36,630 bases of DNA, taken from positions 1 to 36,630 of IMG/VR virus record IMGVR_UViG_3300022178_000294. One strand, written 5' to 3'. Position numbers and translations under genes: made by a program. The notes below the pieces were generated by a model, which was given only the letters and a program-made list of their open reading frames with translations, was not told where the DNA came from and did not search any database. Each line of letters starts with the position of its first letter. The stretch's first letter is position 1. Source of the DNA: a virus. Its lineage: Duplodnaviria; Caudoviricetes. Shown one piece after another: positions 1 through 8,711 of this stretch.

Positions 1-82
1 CTTCTGTAGAACTAACAGTATTTGTATCAGCAGAATATACTGAGCTAGATAAAAATATTAAAACGATTACTATGCGCCACAT
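1..82 (-). CDS. 5' fragment of the exported protein gene seen complete at 35321..35854
   Basis: ATG at 82 reads MWRIVIVLIFLSSSVYSADTNTVSST and runs off the window edge. Confidence 0.85.
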   Translation of the reverse strand, partial: MWRIVIVLIFLSSSVYSADTNTVSSTE

Positions 83-102
83 GATTCACATTCATCAGGA
101 CA
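4..102. repeat. Terminal direct repeat, copy 1 (99 bp identical to 35776..35874)
   Basis: Base-by-base identity with 35776..35874 (offset 35772). Sequences diverge from position 103/35875. Confidence 0.95.
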
Positions 103-156
103 AGCACAATCTTCTAATCTTAAAGCACCACAATCAGGACAAGGATTATTTACCAC
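70..156 (-). CDS. Cys-rich micropeptide, 28 aa (metallothionein-like)
   Basis: Manual translation from GTG: MVNNPCPDCGALRLEDCACPDECESCGA*. All 6 Cys are conserved with the copy at 35842..35925. Confidence 0.65.
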   Translation of the reverse strand: MVNNPCPDCGALRLEDCACPDECESCGA

Positions 157-193
157 AAGTACACTTTCCATCTTCGCAACAAGGATTAATCAT
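146..193 (-). CDS. Cys-rich micropeptide, 15 aa
   Basis: MINPCCEDGKCTCGK*. The ATG overlaps the TGA of 190..699 (ATGA coupling). Confidence 0.5.
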   Translation of the reverse strand: MINPCCEDGKCTCGK

Positions 194-699
194 GTATCGC
201 CTAATCTAAATATATGAAAACCAGTACGAGTTGTGCTTGAATTACCATTAAAAACAGTATTGGTTTGACCTTCAACTAAAAATTTTACTTTGTGTGTTGT
301 AGTGTTTGTTACATCAAATATAAAATTACAATTACCAGCCATATGTAAATTTGTAGCTTGTATGCTATCATAACTATCTGATGCCGCAGTATAATTAGAG
401 CCATCAGTTGTAGTTTCTATTCTTATTCCAGCATAAGTTGAAGCACCATTTTGACCATCGCAATATGCTTGAAAATGAATAAAATAAATTCCAGTAGATG
501 GAAAAGAAAATTCTCCACTAGAATTTGACATTCCAGTTCCTATTTGTCCAAAACCATCAGTATCAACTCTTTCCCAATTAGAAGTTAAATATGCACTACC
601 AGAACTACCTTTTTCAAAGTTTGCTGTTATTCTCCAAGCATCAGCCATAGTAATACCAGCAGTTAATCCACTTCGACTATTTAATTTAACTAAGCTCAT
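190..699 (-). CDS. Tail-fibre tip / C1q-like receptor-binding protein
   Basis: Beta-rich with a FSFPSTGIY motif typical of C1q/TNF-like phage fibre tips. Paralog of 36162..36630. Confidence 0.65.
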   Translation of the reverse strand: MSLVKLNSRSGLTAGITMADAWRITANFEKGSSGSAYLTSNWERVDTDGFGQIGTGMSNSSGEFSFPSTGIYFIHFQAYCDGQNGASTYAGIRIETTTDGSNYTAASDSYDSIQATNLHMAGNCNFIFDVTNTTTHKVKFLVEGQTNTVFNGNSSTTRTGFHIFRLGDT

Positions 700-1013
700 G
701 GTTTACTCCAAATTGAATGTGTTAGTTCTCCAGCATCATTACGAGTTAAGAGTAAATTGTATGCGTTTTCATCAGTATGGTTGGCTGGTATATCTCGTAA
801 AGATTGTCGCCAAGTTTTTATATTGTCTGGCATTGTTACATCAGAGTTAGCAAGGTAATCTGTTTCAATTAGTTTTTGTAATCTAATCTCTTTTATTCTT
901 GTAAGTTTTCTTTCAGCAGATTTATTATTCCAATCTGTTTGTTTTTTATCATACTCAGCTTGTTCAGTAGAGTTCATTTTTCTTGTTACACCATTAATAG
1001 TTATATTTGTCAT
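696..1013 (-). CDS. Tail fibre assembly chaperone
   Basis: R..KL.ETDY...D.....W(K/R)..LRD.P signature. Lies among fibre genes. Confidence 0.7.
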   Translation of the reverse strand: MTNITINGVTRKMNSTEQAEYDKKQTDWNNKSAERKLTRIKEIRLQKLIETDYLANSDVTMPDNIKTWRQSLRDIPANHTDENAYNLLLTRNDAGELTHSIWSKP

Positions 1014-1016
1014 AAT

Positions 1017-2018
1017 TTAACCTTTATATCCAAATAATGCGTAGTTATATCCATCAAAATCTCCACCACTTAAATCAAATCCAAATCCATCTGGAACAGT
1101 TGTTTGAGTATATGTATTTCCACCAGACACTTGTTCTTGTCTTTCACCATCAGCCCAATAATGTGATTGATAAACAATAACACTTGCATTATCTATACTT
1201 CCAATATTTGCAACTCCAGTGCTATTATAAGGATATAACAACATATCTAAATGTAGAGCATTATAATTATTATTATTTAAACTATCTGCTATTTTTGCAC
1301 TAGAACTACCCCAATCTGAAAAACTTTGTGCACCTGCACCACTTCCATTTACATAACCACCTCTGCAAGAACCATAATATTGAGAAACAGTTAAATCACT
1401 TCCTCCATCTCTCCATCTAAAAGTACAATGCACATCTGAATTAACTGGTTTAAATGTACAAAGAAATCTATAACCTGTGTAAACACTTGTAAAAACACTA
1501 TCAATATTTATAGTTCCTGTGTTTGTTAATGAGTTAGCTTGCGCTAGTTTTACTAAATTACCACTAGGCTCTGCCTTGTAAGTTTGATCTCCATATAATA
1601 CTGTGCTTGAAGAAGCTGTGCCACTACCAAGATTTGCTGTAGGTACTACACCAGTTAATTTACTAGATGCCATAGCAGAAATTTTTGCGTCAGTTACAGC
1701 AGAACTTTGAAGTTTTGCAGTAGATACTGTGTCATCACTTGGTACACCAATATCATTAACATTACCTAATACTAAGATTTGATTTATTACATCACTCGAA
1801 CTAAGCGAACTTGCAAAAACTATTGTGTCATTTACAATGTTGAAACTGCTACCAGCAGTTTGTAAAACTCCATTTAAAACTACAAGACAATGATTAGCTG
1901 ATTGAGGATATACAGCAACACCCCCTTGTCGAAGGTTAAAGGTAGTTGCACTTGAAGTAGTTATACTATCAAGAACTTTAAAATCGCCAGTTGTCGGTAC
2001 TGCACCTACATAAGTCAT
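1017..2018 (-). CDS. Tail-fibre subunit / receptor-binding protein
   Basis: N-terminal MTYVG..P module with V.LNGVLQ, then D.TVSTAKL/VTDAKI short repeats and a beta-rich C-terminal head. Confidence 0.65.
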   Translation of the reverse strand: MTYVGAVPTTGDFKVLDSITTSSATTFNLRQGGVAVYPQSANHCLVVLNGVLQTAGSSFNIVNDTIVFASSLSSSDVINQILVLGNVNDIGVPSDDTVSTAKLQSSAVTDAKISAMASSKLTGVVPTANLGSGTASSSTVLYGDQTYKAEPSGNLVKLAQANSLTNTGTINIDSVFTSVYTGYRFLCTFKPVNSDVHCTFRWRDGGSDLTVSQYYGSCRGGYVNGSGAGAQSFSDWGSSSAKIADSLNNNNYNALHLDMLLYPYNSTGVANIGSIDNASVIVYQSHYWADGERQEQVSGGNTYTQTTVPDGFGFDLSGGDFDGYNYALFGYKG

Positions 2019-2218
2019 AGTTTATCCATTTCTGTTTTTACTTTTGCATAAGTAATTTCTGAATGAGGATTAGATGTTGAAAAACTATCATCAGATTGTT
2101 TCCATTCTATTTTATTAAAATCATCTTCACTATCAATTAATCCTGTAAATCTAAATTCTGCATCTGTTTTTAAAGTTTTAATTGCAGAGCAACATTTAAC
2201 ATTAGTTAAAAGTATCAT
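2015..2218 (-). CDS. Small fibre-associated (chaperone-like) protein
   Basis: 67 aa, ATGA-coupled on both sides within the fibre cassette. Confidence 0.5.
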   Translation of the reverse strand: MILLTNVKCCSAIKTLKTDAEFRFTGLIDSEDDFNKIEWKQSDDSFSTSNPHSEITYAKVKTEMDKL

Positions 2219-2718
2219 GCTAATACCTCCATTAAAACAAGTGGGGATTGGTTTGAGTCTGGTTGAAAAACTACTGTTCCACTATTCCATGTAGCACATT
2301 GGATTTTGTAAGTAATAGCACTTGTACTATTAGGACTATCTAAATAGAAAAATGGAGTTGAATCTCCATCATTAAAACTACTATTTTGTGAACTGTCATA
2401 AGCATAATATAAAGTTTGAGTTTGAAAAACACTTGTAGAGTCTCTTAATATTTTTAATCCATGACCTCTATCAGTATTTGTACCAGATTTAGAATGTTGA
2501 ACAGACCCCATAATTAAAACTTTTGATGATGTTGATGAACAAGTAATAGCTTGTGATAAACCAATATCAGAATAAGTTGTTGTAGCTAATGATGTAGAAG
2601 AATTACTTTGAGTTCTTAAAACTTGTCCTATTTTTCCCACTCCAGTTAAACTACCACCAGCTAAAGCTGGAAGTGTAGAGCCACCTAAATTTTCTGCTGC
2701 TATTTTACTAAATGCCAT
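2215..2718 (-). CDS. Tail-fibre tip protein
   Basis: GKIGQV...ITCSSTSSKVLI...LDSPNSTSAITYKIQ...LMEV pattern characteristic of marine phage fibre-tip domains. Confidence 0.65.
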   Translation of the reverse strand: MAFSKIAAENLGGSTLPALAGGSLTGVGKIGQVLRTQSNSSTSLATTTYSDIGLSQAITCSSTSSKVLIMGSVQHSKSGTNTDRGHGLKILRDSTSVFQTQTLYYAYDSSQNSSFNDGDSTPFFYLDSPNSTSAITYKIQCATWNSGTVVFQPDSNQSPLVLMEVLA

Positions 2719-2721
2719 ATG

Positions 2722-3519
2722 TTATGCTCCTATTAATTTGTAACCTTGAAAAAATGAATAACCAGACCTTACAGTTACTGTACTTCCTACATTGTGATAA
2801 AATCTTAATTCAACATAATCTGATGTATTAAATTCCATTAACAAGTTTATAGATAAAGTTGGGTCTGTACTTGTTTCTGATGAAGCAATAGTTTCAACAT
2901 CTGCAAAAAAACTTCCATTTTTGTATATCAAAAGTTGAAGTCTTTTATTTTGAACTGTTATATCATTAAGCATAATCATACCATTGATTACATATTTACC
3001 AGCTACAGTTGGAGTAAATTTATTACTTGCAAACTTTGAGTCACTATCCCATTGTTCTGTTGCAAAAGCTAATACTGTTTCAGCACCACTAGAGGCACTT
3101 TGGTCACTTGATAATTTCGCAGAAAATGATGGAGTATTATTTCCACCTACAGTAGCAAAAGCTAAAGTACCACTTCCATTAGTAGTTATTGCTTGACCAT
3201 TAGAGCCATCAGATAAATTTAATTCTGTTACACCTACTGAATTTGCAGTTGGGTTTACCGACTGCATTACTTTATTTGTGTAATAACAAGTAACCACATC
3301 CCCACTTGATAGTGTGCCACCCAAGGTCAAAGTTTTATTTCCAGCACCACCAACACTATATGTAGAACTATCCTGTACGATATTATTCCATACAACAAGA
3401 ATATCTGTTTCAGCAGATATGTCATGTGTAAGCGTTACTGTGTTAGTTGTTAAACCAGTAAAGCGATCTTGAATACCACTATCAAAAGTAGTGCTAGGTT
3501 GTTGTCCAATGTAGGTCAC
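2722..3519 (-). CDS. Tail-fibre subunit with C1q-like head
   Basis: MTYIGQQP N-terminal module, and PSFSA...F...WDSD..F..NKFTPTVAGKY...DYVEL...F.GYKL C1q-like C-terminus. Confidence 0.7.
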   Translation of the reverse strand: MTYIGQQPSTTFDSGIQDRFTGLTTNTVTLTHDISAETDILVVWNNIVQDSSTYSVGGAGNKTLTLGGTLSSGDVVTCYYTNKVMQSVNPTANSVGVTELNLSDGSNGQAITTNGSGTLAFATVGGNNTPSFSAKLSSDQSASSGAETVLAFATEQWDSDSKFASNKFTPTVAGKYVINGMIMLNDITVQNKRLQLLIYKNGSFFADVETIASSETSTDPTLSINLLMEFNTSDYVELRFYHNVGSTVTVRSGYSFFQGYKLIGA

Positions 3520-3521
3520 TC

Positions 3522-3887
3522 TTAAGTAATCTCCATTATTGATAATGCACCAGAAACTTTATCAGCTACTGAACAATCTATCTTTAGTACATCTGTAGTT
3601 TCCATTACAATCTTGCTACCAGCCAAAATTTCTAAACTAGATTTTGCTGGAATAACAACATCTTTAGCTAGAAACGCAGTACCATTAGCTACATTGTTTG
3701 CTCCATTACGATTTGCAGTATCACTAACCAATTCCACTTCAACAGATACAGAAGTAGTATGGATATTAGTAAGACGTAAACCGAGAACAACAGTAGTTGT
3801 ACTACCAGCTACAGTATACATTGTATAAGGTGTTCCAGCCGAAGCTGGCTCAGCTGCAAAAGTTACAGTTTTAAATGTATTAGCCAT
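3522..3887 (-). CDS. Fibre adaptor/structural protein
   Basis: MANTFK...S.MEIT type protein directly after the fibre gene ending ALAIALG. Confidence 0.55.
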   Translation of the reverse strand: MANTFKTVTFAAEPASAGTPYTMYTVAGSTTTVVLGLRLTNIHTTSVSVEVELVSDTANRNGANNVANGTAFLAKDVVIPAKSSLEILAGSKIVMETTDVLKIDCSVADKVSGALSIMEIT

Positions 3888-3897
3888 ATTCTCCTTT

Positions 3898-5436
3898 CTA
3901 TCCGAGAGCTATTGCAAGAGCAGTTGGATCTGTTGCTGCAATAGTTAAAGTTTCATTACTACCATTATTGTTTTCTGTAAACGTCACATTGTCACCAGCA
4001 ACAAGTTTACCATTTAAAAAACCAGCAGTAGAATCGTTAGAACTAACCTTAGTTTTAACATCTGTATCAGCAGTTATATTCTGCCAAGCCGATCCATCAT
4101 AATATTTAAGAGTATTAGAACTTGTATTAAATGCAAGATCACCAGCATCAAGACTAGAACTAGGATCACTTGAATCTATTCTATATCTAGCTGCAAAATT
4201 ATTTACATTACTAATATTTGATGAAACAGTATTAACATTTGAAATTGATCCAGCAACAGTAGCAATATTTCCAACAACACCAGAAGCTCCAAGTGTTGCC
4301 ATATTTGTTACATTTGCAGAAGTACCAAGGATATTTAAGTCAGTAACAATATCAGAGGTAGCTAAAGTATTTAAGTCAGATACAATATCTGAAGTTGCTA
4401 AAGTATTAATATCTGACACTATGTCAGAAGTAGCAAGGGTATTTAAGTCAGAAACTATATCACTTGTTGCAAGAGTATTAAGATCACTTACAATATCACT
4501 TGTAGCAAGAGTATTCATATCTGATATTACATCAGCATCAGCAAGGAGAGCCATATCAGCAATTACATCAGCATTACCTAATAAACCCATATCAGTTACA
4601 ACAGCACTTGTGCCTAGTAATCCCATAGCAGTTACATTAGCCGAAGTACCTAAATGCCCCATAGCTGTTACATTGGCAGAAGTTGCCAATAAATCCATGT
4701 CAGTTACGATTGCTGAAGTACCTAGTATTGCTAAATCTGCTACTGCATCAGAAGTACCTAATCTTCCAATCTCGGTAGCTTTTCCAGCAACAGCACCTAT
4801 ATCAGAAGAATCTGCGGCAACAGCCGATACATCACTAGCAATATTTTCTACTGCTGCTACATCACTTGCTATTGCAGCCACAGCCGATACATCAGAAGCT
4901 ATTGCAGCTACAGCTTGTACGTCAGTAATTGATTGACTAAACTCAATAGCATTACCAGAAGAATTAACCGATAATACTTTGTTAGCTACTAACTCAGGAA
5001 ATATTAAATTGTATGCAGTTGATGATGAAGAAGAAGCTCTAGGAGATAGTTTAATATCTACTCCTTTTTGTTGTATCATTGCAACAAGTTTATCTAATTC
5101 TGTATTTAATGTTTCTATTGGGAATGTACCTGATGTTGGAAAATCAGTTGATCTAGAAATACTTAAATTTCTAAATATAGTATATTTATCATTTACAGTA
5201 GCTCCACCACCTAAAGTAATATTACCACCACCACTAGCTCCAGCACCAGTTACCGAATATTGTGCAGCACTAGATGGACTAGAAGCTAAAGTTAATGTAG
5301 TATCTGTTCCACCAGAAGTTTTTATTACTACTAAATCTGCATCGGCAAAAAATTCAAATGGTACACTAAATGCTGTTTGACCACCACTAGCAGTATATTG
5401 TACTCTAGGATCTGTTGCTGATATTGTAATGCTCAT
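3898..5436 (-). CDS. Tail fibre with T7 gp17-like N-terminal anchor and repetitive shaft
   Basis: N-terminus YTA.GGQT.F.VPF.F...DL.V and LN..LDKL..MIQQ match the T7-type fibre anchor. Internal 10-aa and 12-aa repeats. Confidence 0.85.
   Translation of the reverse strand: MSITISATDPRVQYTASGGQTAFSVPFEFFADADLVVIKTSGGTDTTLTLASSPSSAAQYSVTGAGASGGGNITLGGGATVNDKYTIFRNLSISRSTDFPTSGTFPIETLNTELDKLVAMIQQKGVDIKLSPRASSSSSTAYNLIFPELVANKVLSVNSSGNAIEFSQSITDVQAVAAIASDVSAVAAIASDVAAVENIASDVSAVAADSSDIGAVAGKATEIGRLGTSDAVADLAILGTSAIVTDMDLLATSANVTAMGHLGTSANVTAMGLLGTSAVVTDMGLLGNADVIADMALLADADVISDMNTLATSDIVSDLNTLATSDIVSDLNTLATSDIVSDINTLATSDIVSDLNTLATSDIVTDLNILGTSANVTNMATLGASGVVGNIATVAGSISNVNTVSSNISNVNNFAARYRIDSSDPSSSLDAGDLAFNTSSNTLKYYDGSAWQNITADTDVKTKVSSNDSTAGFLNGKLVAGDNVTFTENNNGSNETLTIAATDPTALAIALG
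4258..4761 (-). repeat. 14 tandem 36-bp (12-aa) coding repeats, consensus LATSDIVSDLNT
   Basis: Counted from LGTSDAVADLAI to LGASGVVGNIAT. Confidence 0.9.
4774..4923 (-). repeat. 5 tandem 30-bp (10-aa) coding repeats, consensus DVSAVAAIAS
   Basis: Visible in the translation and in DNA (acagccgatacatca occurs twice). Confidence 0.85.
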
Positions 5437-8400
5437 CTAAGTCCTTCTTTTTCAACTTCATCAAATAATGAATCTAAAAACCATACATTTTGAAAGGGTA
5501 AAAGTCTACGCACATTCTTTGCAGTATGATGATTGTATTTACCTGTACCCCAAGAAAAAGCTATATCTGCAATATTTTCTAATTGAGAAGCAGTTGGACC
5601 AAGAACATCTGCTATTGGCATACCATAAGGCCCAAGATTTTTTTTCTGGTTATATGTTCCATAAGGCTTTTTAGATCCTAACAAAGGTCTAGCTCCTATT
5701 TGATTATTACTTAATCTTTCAATAGCATTATTAATATCTGAAAAATATCCACCTAAACCAGATCTATCAAATGCATCTACTAATTTTTGACCAGTAGGTT
5801 TTTTACTATAATCTCTATCAAATGCTTTTTGTCTAAATGCATCTACCATAGCACCAGCAGCCATTAACATTAAAACACTTTGTAAAAATAATGCATCTCT
5901 TTCTTGCATACCTCTAAACAACATACTTTGAGTAGAGGCTATACCAAATTTTTTAAATTGTAATATTATTCCACCAAGTTCTGTATTAGACCATAATGGT
6001 ACATCACCTTTACTTGGAGTAACAATATCTATTCTTGCTTGTTTACCTAGTGCTGCATGAAATGCTTTAGTAGCTTCTATTGCTTCATCAGTTTGATCCC
6101 ATGCTTCTGTATTACCAACACGCATATATTTATAATTATCACCAACAGACTTCCATGATTTAGCATTTTTTCCATATCCATGTTTTGTATATTGAGTATA
6201 TATTTTTTTGGCTAGATCATCTGTTATACCAAGATTTCTTAATCTCATTTTATTAACTTTATCTAACTTACCAGTAAGAACTAATTTTTCTATTGATTCT
6301 AACATTCTAGATCCATTAAAAAATACAGCCATTGTTTTAACACCTGTATTCCAAGGATTAGATAAATTTAAAAATGTAAAATATAAATTACCTACTGAAC
6401 TAACACCTCTTTCAAATTTATTAAAAACTCCGTGAACATCGTCCATTCCATACATTGACATAGCTCTTTGACTTGTTGCCATATCTAATGCTTCACCACC
6501 AAGATTTGCTGATCTTCTAGACATTTTAAATATTTCTTTTCCCATTCCACTAGAATACATTTCCCAAGATAATTTAAAAGTTTTGCCAACTCCATTTATT
6601 GCTACTAATCTTGCTGTATCAACTACTTGACTAATTCCTGTCAACATAGTTGTTGCATTATATAATTTACTTATTCTTATTCCTCTACTAATTGCTCTAT
6701 TTGGATCTTCTGCTAAACCATATGTACCTCTAGCTAATCCAATAGATGCATCTAAATCTTCTAATATTTGATCTTTTTCTTTTATTAATTTTTTTGTTTT
6801 TGCAGTCATAACTTTTTTACCATTTACAACTTTCAAACTATCTTCAATCATATCATCATATTCTTCAGCTATTTGTCTCATGCCTACAATATTTTTACCA
6901 GCTTGATAGTTAGATCCATATCCCATTGGATCACCAAATCTTTTTGTTATTTCAATATCTGGTATAGTTTGATTGTAATACATTCTGTTTATTATATTTA
7001 TATCTTTTTCAATAAACCCAGCCGCAGCTAATTCTTCATAATCTATATCTAAATTTCTAGCTTTAAACCTAGATGATATTCTATCCATTTTAGTTAATAG
7101 TTCTGTTTCTAATAATTCTTTTTCACTAGCGTTCATTGTAGAATATCTTGATAATCTTTTAAATTGTCTAGCTATATTTTCGTATGCTATGTAAGGTTGG
7201 TACTCTACAAAACTTTCTATTATTTTATTTATTTCATCATCTGATAATTTAGTTCCTGATCTTGCTATTGCTCTACGCATAAGTAATTCAAAATCTGCAA
7301 ACCTTCTAACTATTTCATCTTTTTTATAAAGTATAGGTACATACATACCTTTTCTTAATATTCCTTTTTTTATTAATGCATCTCTATCTTTTTCTAACTT
7401 TCTTATTCTTGCTGCTATATTTGCTTTAACATCTGCTTTAGTTACAGTTGCTTCTAATAAAGATAAATATTGTATTTGAGCATTTGCCCATTGTGGTACA
7501 ATTTCTAATGTTTCATATTCTTTTCCAATAATATTAAAAAAATCATCTGATCCTTTTGATGCTTGTATTACTTCTGGCTCTACATTTTTATTACCCATTC
7601 TATAAGAAGTAACTTGTTCTCTAAATTGTTTAGGAGACATTACTTTTACATTACCTTTATTAGTTCCAAATTTAGTATCTAAAGTTCTTTCAAAAAAACC
7701 TTGTGGTTTTATTCCTAATCTTTTTAAATAATCAGTATATGCTGCTTCTATAATTGTAGTATTTTTTAAAACTAATTCTGTATATCTAGCAGCTATAGAT
7801 CTTTCTATTGTTTGTGTAACTGTTATTCCATCTTTAGTATTTTTAACTTGATACAATTTACTTTCTAAAATATTTTCTATCATTATTTGAGCATTACTAA
7901 TTCCTTTTTGTAATACTCTAAACACAGGATTAATTCCTGAATCTTCAGCTAATAAACCTAATCCAGTTTTTTTAATTTTATTTAATTTTTGTAATTCTTC
8001 TTCTCTTAACAAAGTGCTACTTTTAGGAGAAGCTGCACCTACACTATATTTACTATTAAATATTACATCATCTGCTGCATCTAATGCATCAGCAGTTTCA
8101 TCAAAATTTTTACCAACACTTCTTGGCAAACTAGGAAACATTGCTGGTATAATAAAACCACCAGCACTAATTATCAATGTTTCATTCATTGGTCTTTCAT
8201 CAGTAAATAATCTTTTAGATGCTTCTTCTGCTGATACTATACCACCAAATCCAGCAGCTCTTTTTAATCTACTACCAGTCATTAAAAAACTACCAGCTTT
8301 AGTAAATGCAAATATACTTGATGGATCTAATAACCCACCAATTATTCTACCAATAATATAAGCTGGAGATCCACCTACTTTAGATTGTTTATCATAAAAT

Positions 8401-8711
8401 TTTTTTATTAATTCTTTAGTATGGTCTGCATTATTACTATGCATAAAATTACCAATATAATCTTTTAAATTATCTAATTGTGGATCTGCAAATATATTAT
8501 AATCAGGATCATATTCATAAACACTTGTTTCACTATTAATAGCTTTAACAGCGTGTAATGCTCCAAGAGTTAATATGTTTTCATCTATAACTCCAGTACC
8601 AAAATTTACACCAGCTTGATAAAGATCTTGAAAACCACTTGTTCTATCAACAGGTTTAATATCTTTATATGTACGAAATGATGGACCACCACCAACTCCA
8701 ACTTCAGGCAT
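5433..8711 (-). CDS. Large internal virion (ejection) protein, T7 gp16-like position
   Basis: 1092 aa helical protein immediately upstream of the fibre. C-terminal QFK.F and RRLLPFQN motifs seen in podovirus internal virion proteins. Confidence 0.7.
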   Translation of the reverse strand: MPEVGVGGGPSFRTYKDIKPVDRTSGFQDLYQAGVNFGTGVIDENILTLGALHAVKAINSETSVYEYDPDYNIFADPQLDNLKDYIGNFMHSNNADHTKELIKKFYDKQSKVGGSPAYIIGRIIGGLLDPSSIFAFTKAGSFLMTGSRLKRAAGFGGIVSAEEASKRLFTDERPMNETLIISAGGFIIPAMFPSLPRSVGKNFDETADALDAADDVIFNSKYSVGAASPKSSTLLREEELQKLNKIKKTGLGLLAEDSGINPVFRVLQKGISNAQIMIENILESKLYQVKNTKDGITVTQTIERSIAARYTELVLKNTTIIEAAYTDYLKRLGIKPQGFFERTLDTKFGTNKGNVKVMSPKQFREQVTSYRMGNKNVEPEVIQASKGSDDFFNIIGKEYETLEIVPQWANAQIQYLSLLEATVTKADVKANIAARIRKLEKDRDALIKKGILRKGMYVPILYKKDEIVRRFADFELLMRRAIARSGTKLSDDEINKIIESFVEYQPYIAYENIARQFKRLSRYSTMNASEKELLETELLTKMDRISSRFKARNLDIDYEELAAAGFIEKDINIINRMYYNQTIPDIEITKRFGDPMGYGSNYQAGKNIVGMRQIAEEYDDMIEDSLKVVNGKKVMTAKTKKLIKEKDQILEDLDASIGLARGTYGLAEDPNRAISRGIRISKLYNATTMLTGISQVVDTARLVAINGVGKTFKLSWEMYSSGMGKEIFKMSRRSANLGGEALDMATSQRAMSMYGMDDVHGVFNKFERGVSSVGNLYFTFLNLSNPWNTGVKTMAVFFNGSRMLESIEKLVLTGKLDKVNKMRLRNLGITDDLAKKIYTQYTKHGYGKNAKSWKSVGDNYKYMRVGNTEAWDQTDEAIEATKAFHAALGKQARIDIVTPSKGDVPLWSNTELGGIILQFKKFGIASTQSMLFRGMQERDALFLQSVLMLMAAGAMVDAFRQKAFDRDYSKKPTGQKLVDAFDRSGLGGYFSDINNAIERLSNNQIGARPLLGSKKPYGTYNQKKNLGPYGMPIADVLGPTASQLENIADIAFSWGTGKYNHHTAKNVRRLLPFQNVWFLDSLFDEVEKEGLR

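Noticed and set aside
190-699. Diversity-generating retroelement (template/variable repeat) explanation for the paralogy with 36162..36630
   Set aside because: No reverse transcriptase is present, and the differences include indels and all bases rather than adenine-specific substitutions.
4258-4761. CRISPR-like array (36-bp period)
   Set aside because: Units are contiguous, degenerate and protein-coding, with no unique spacers.
2984-8361. Plus-strand ORFs 2984..3196, 3613..3828, 4421..4936, 4979..5380, 5468..5674, 6208..6435, 8014..8361
   Set aside because: Antisense shadows of well-supported minus-strand structural genes. The repeat in 4421..4936 simply mirrors the fibre repeat.
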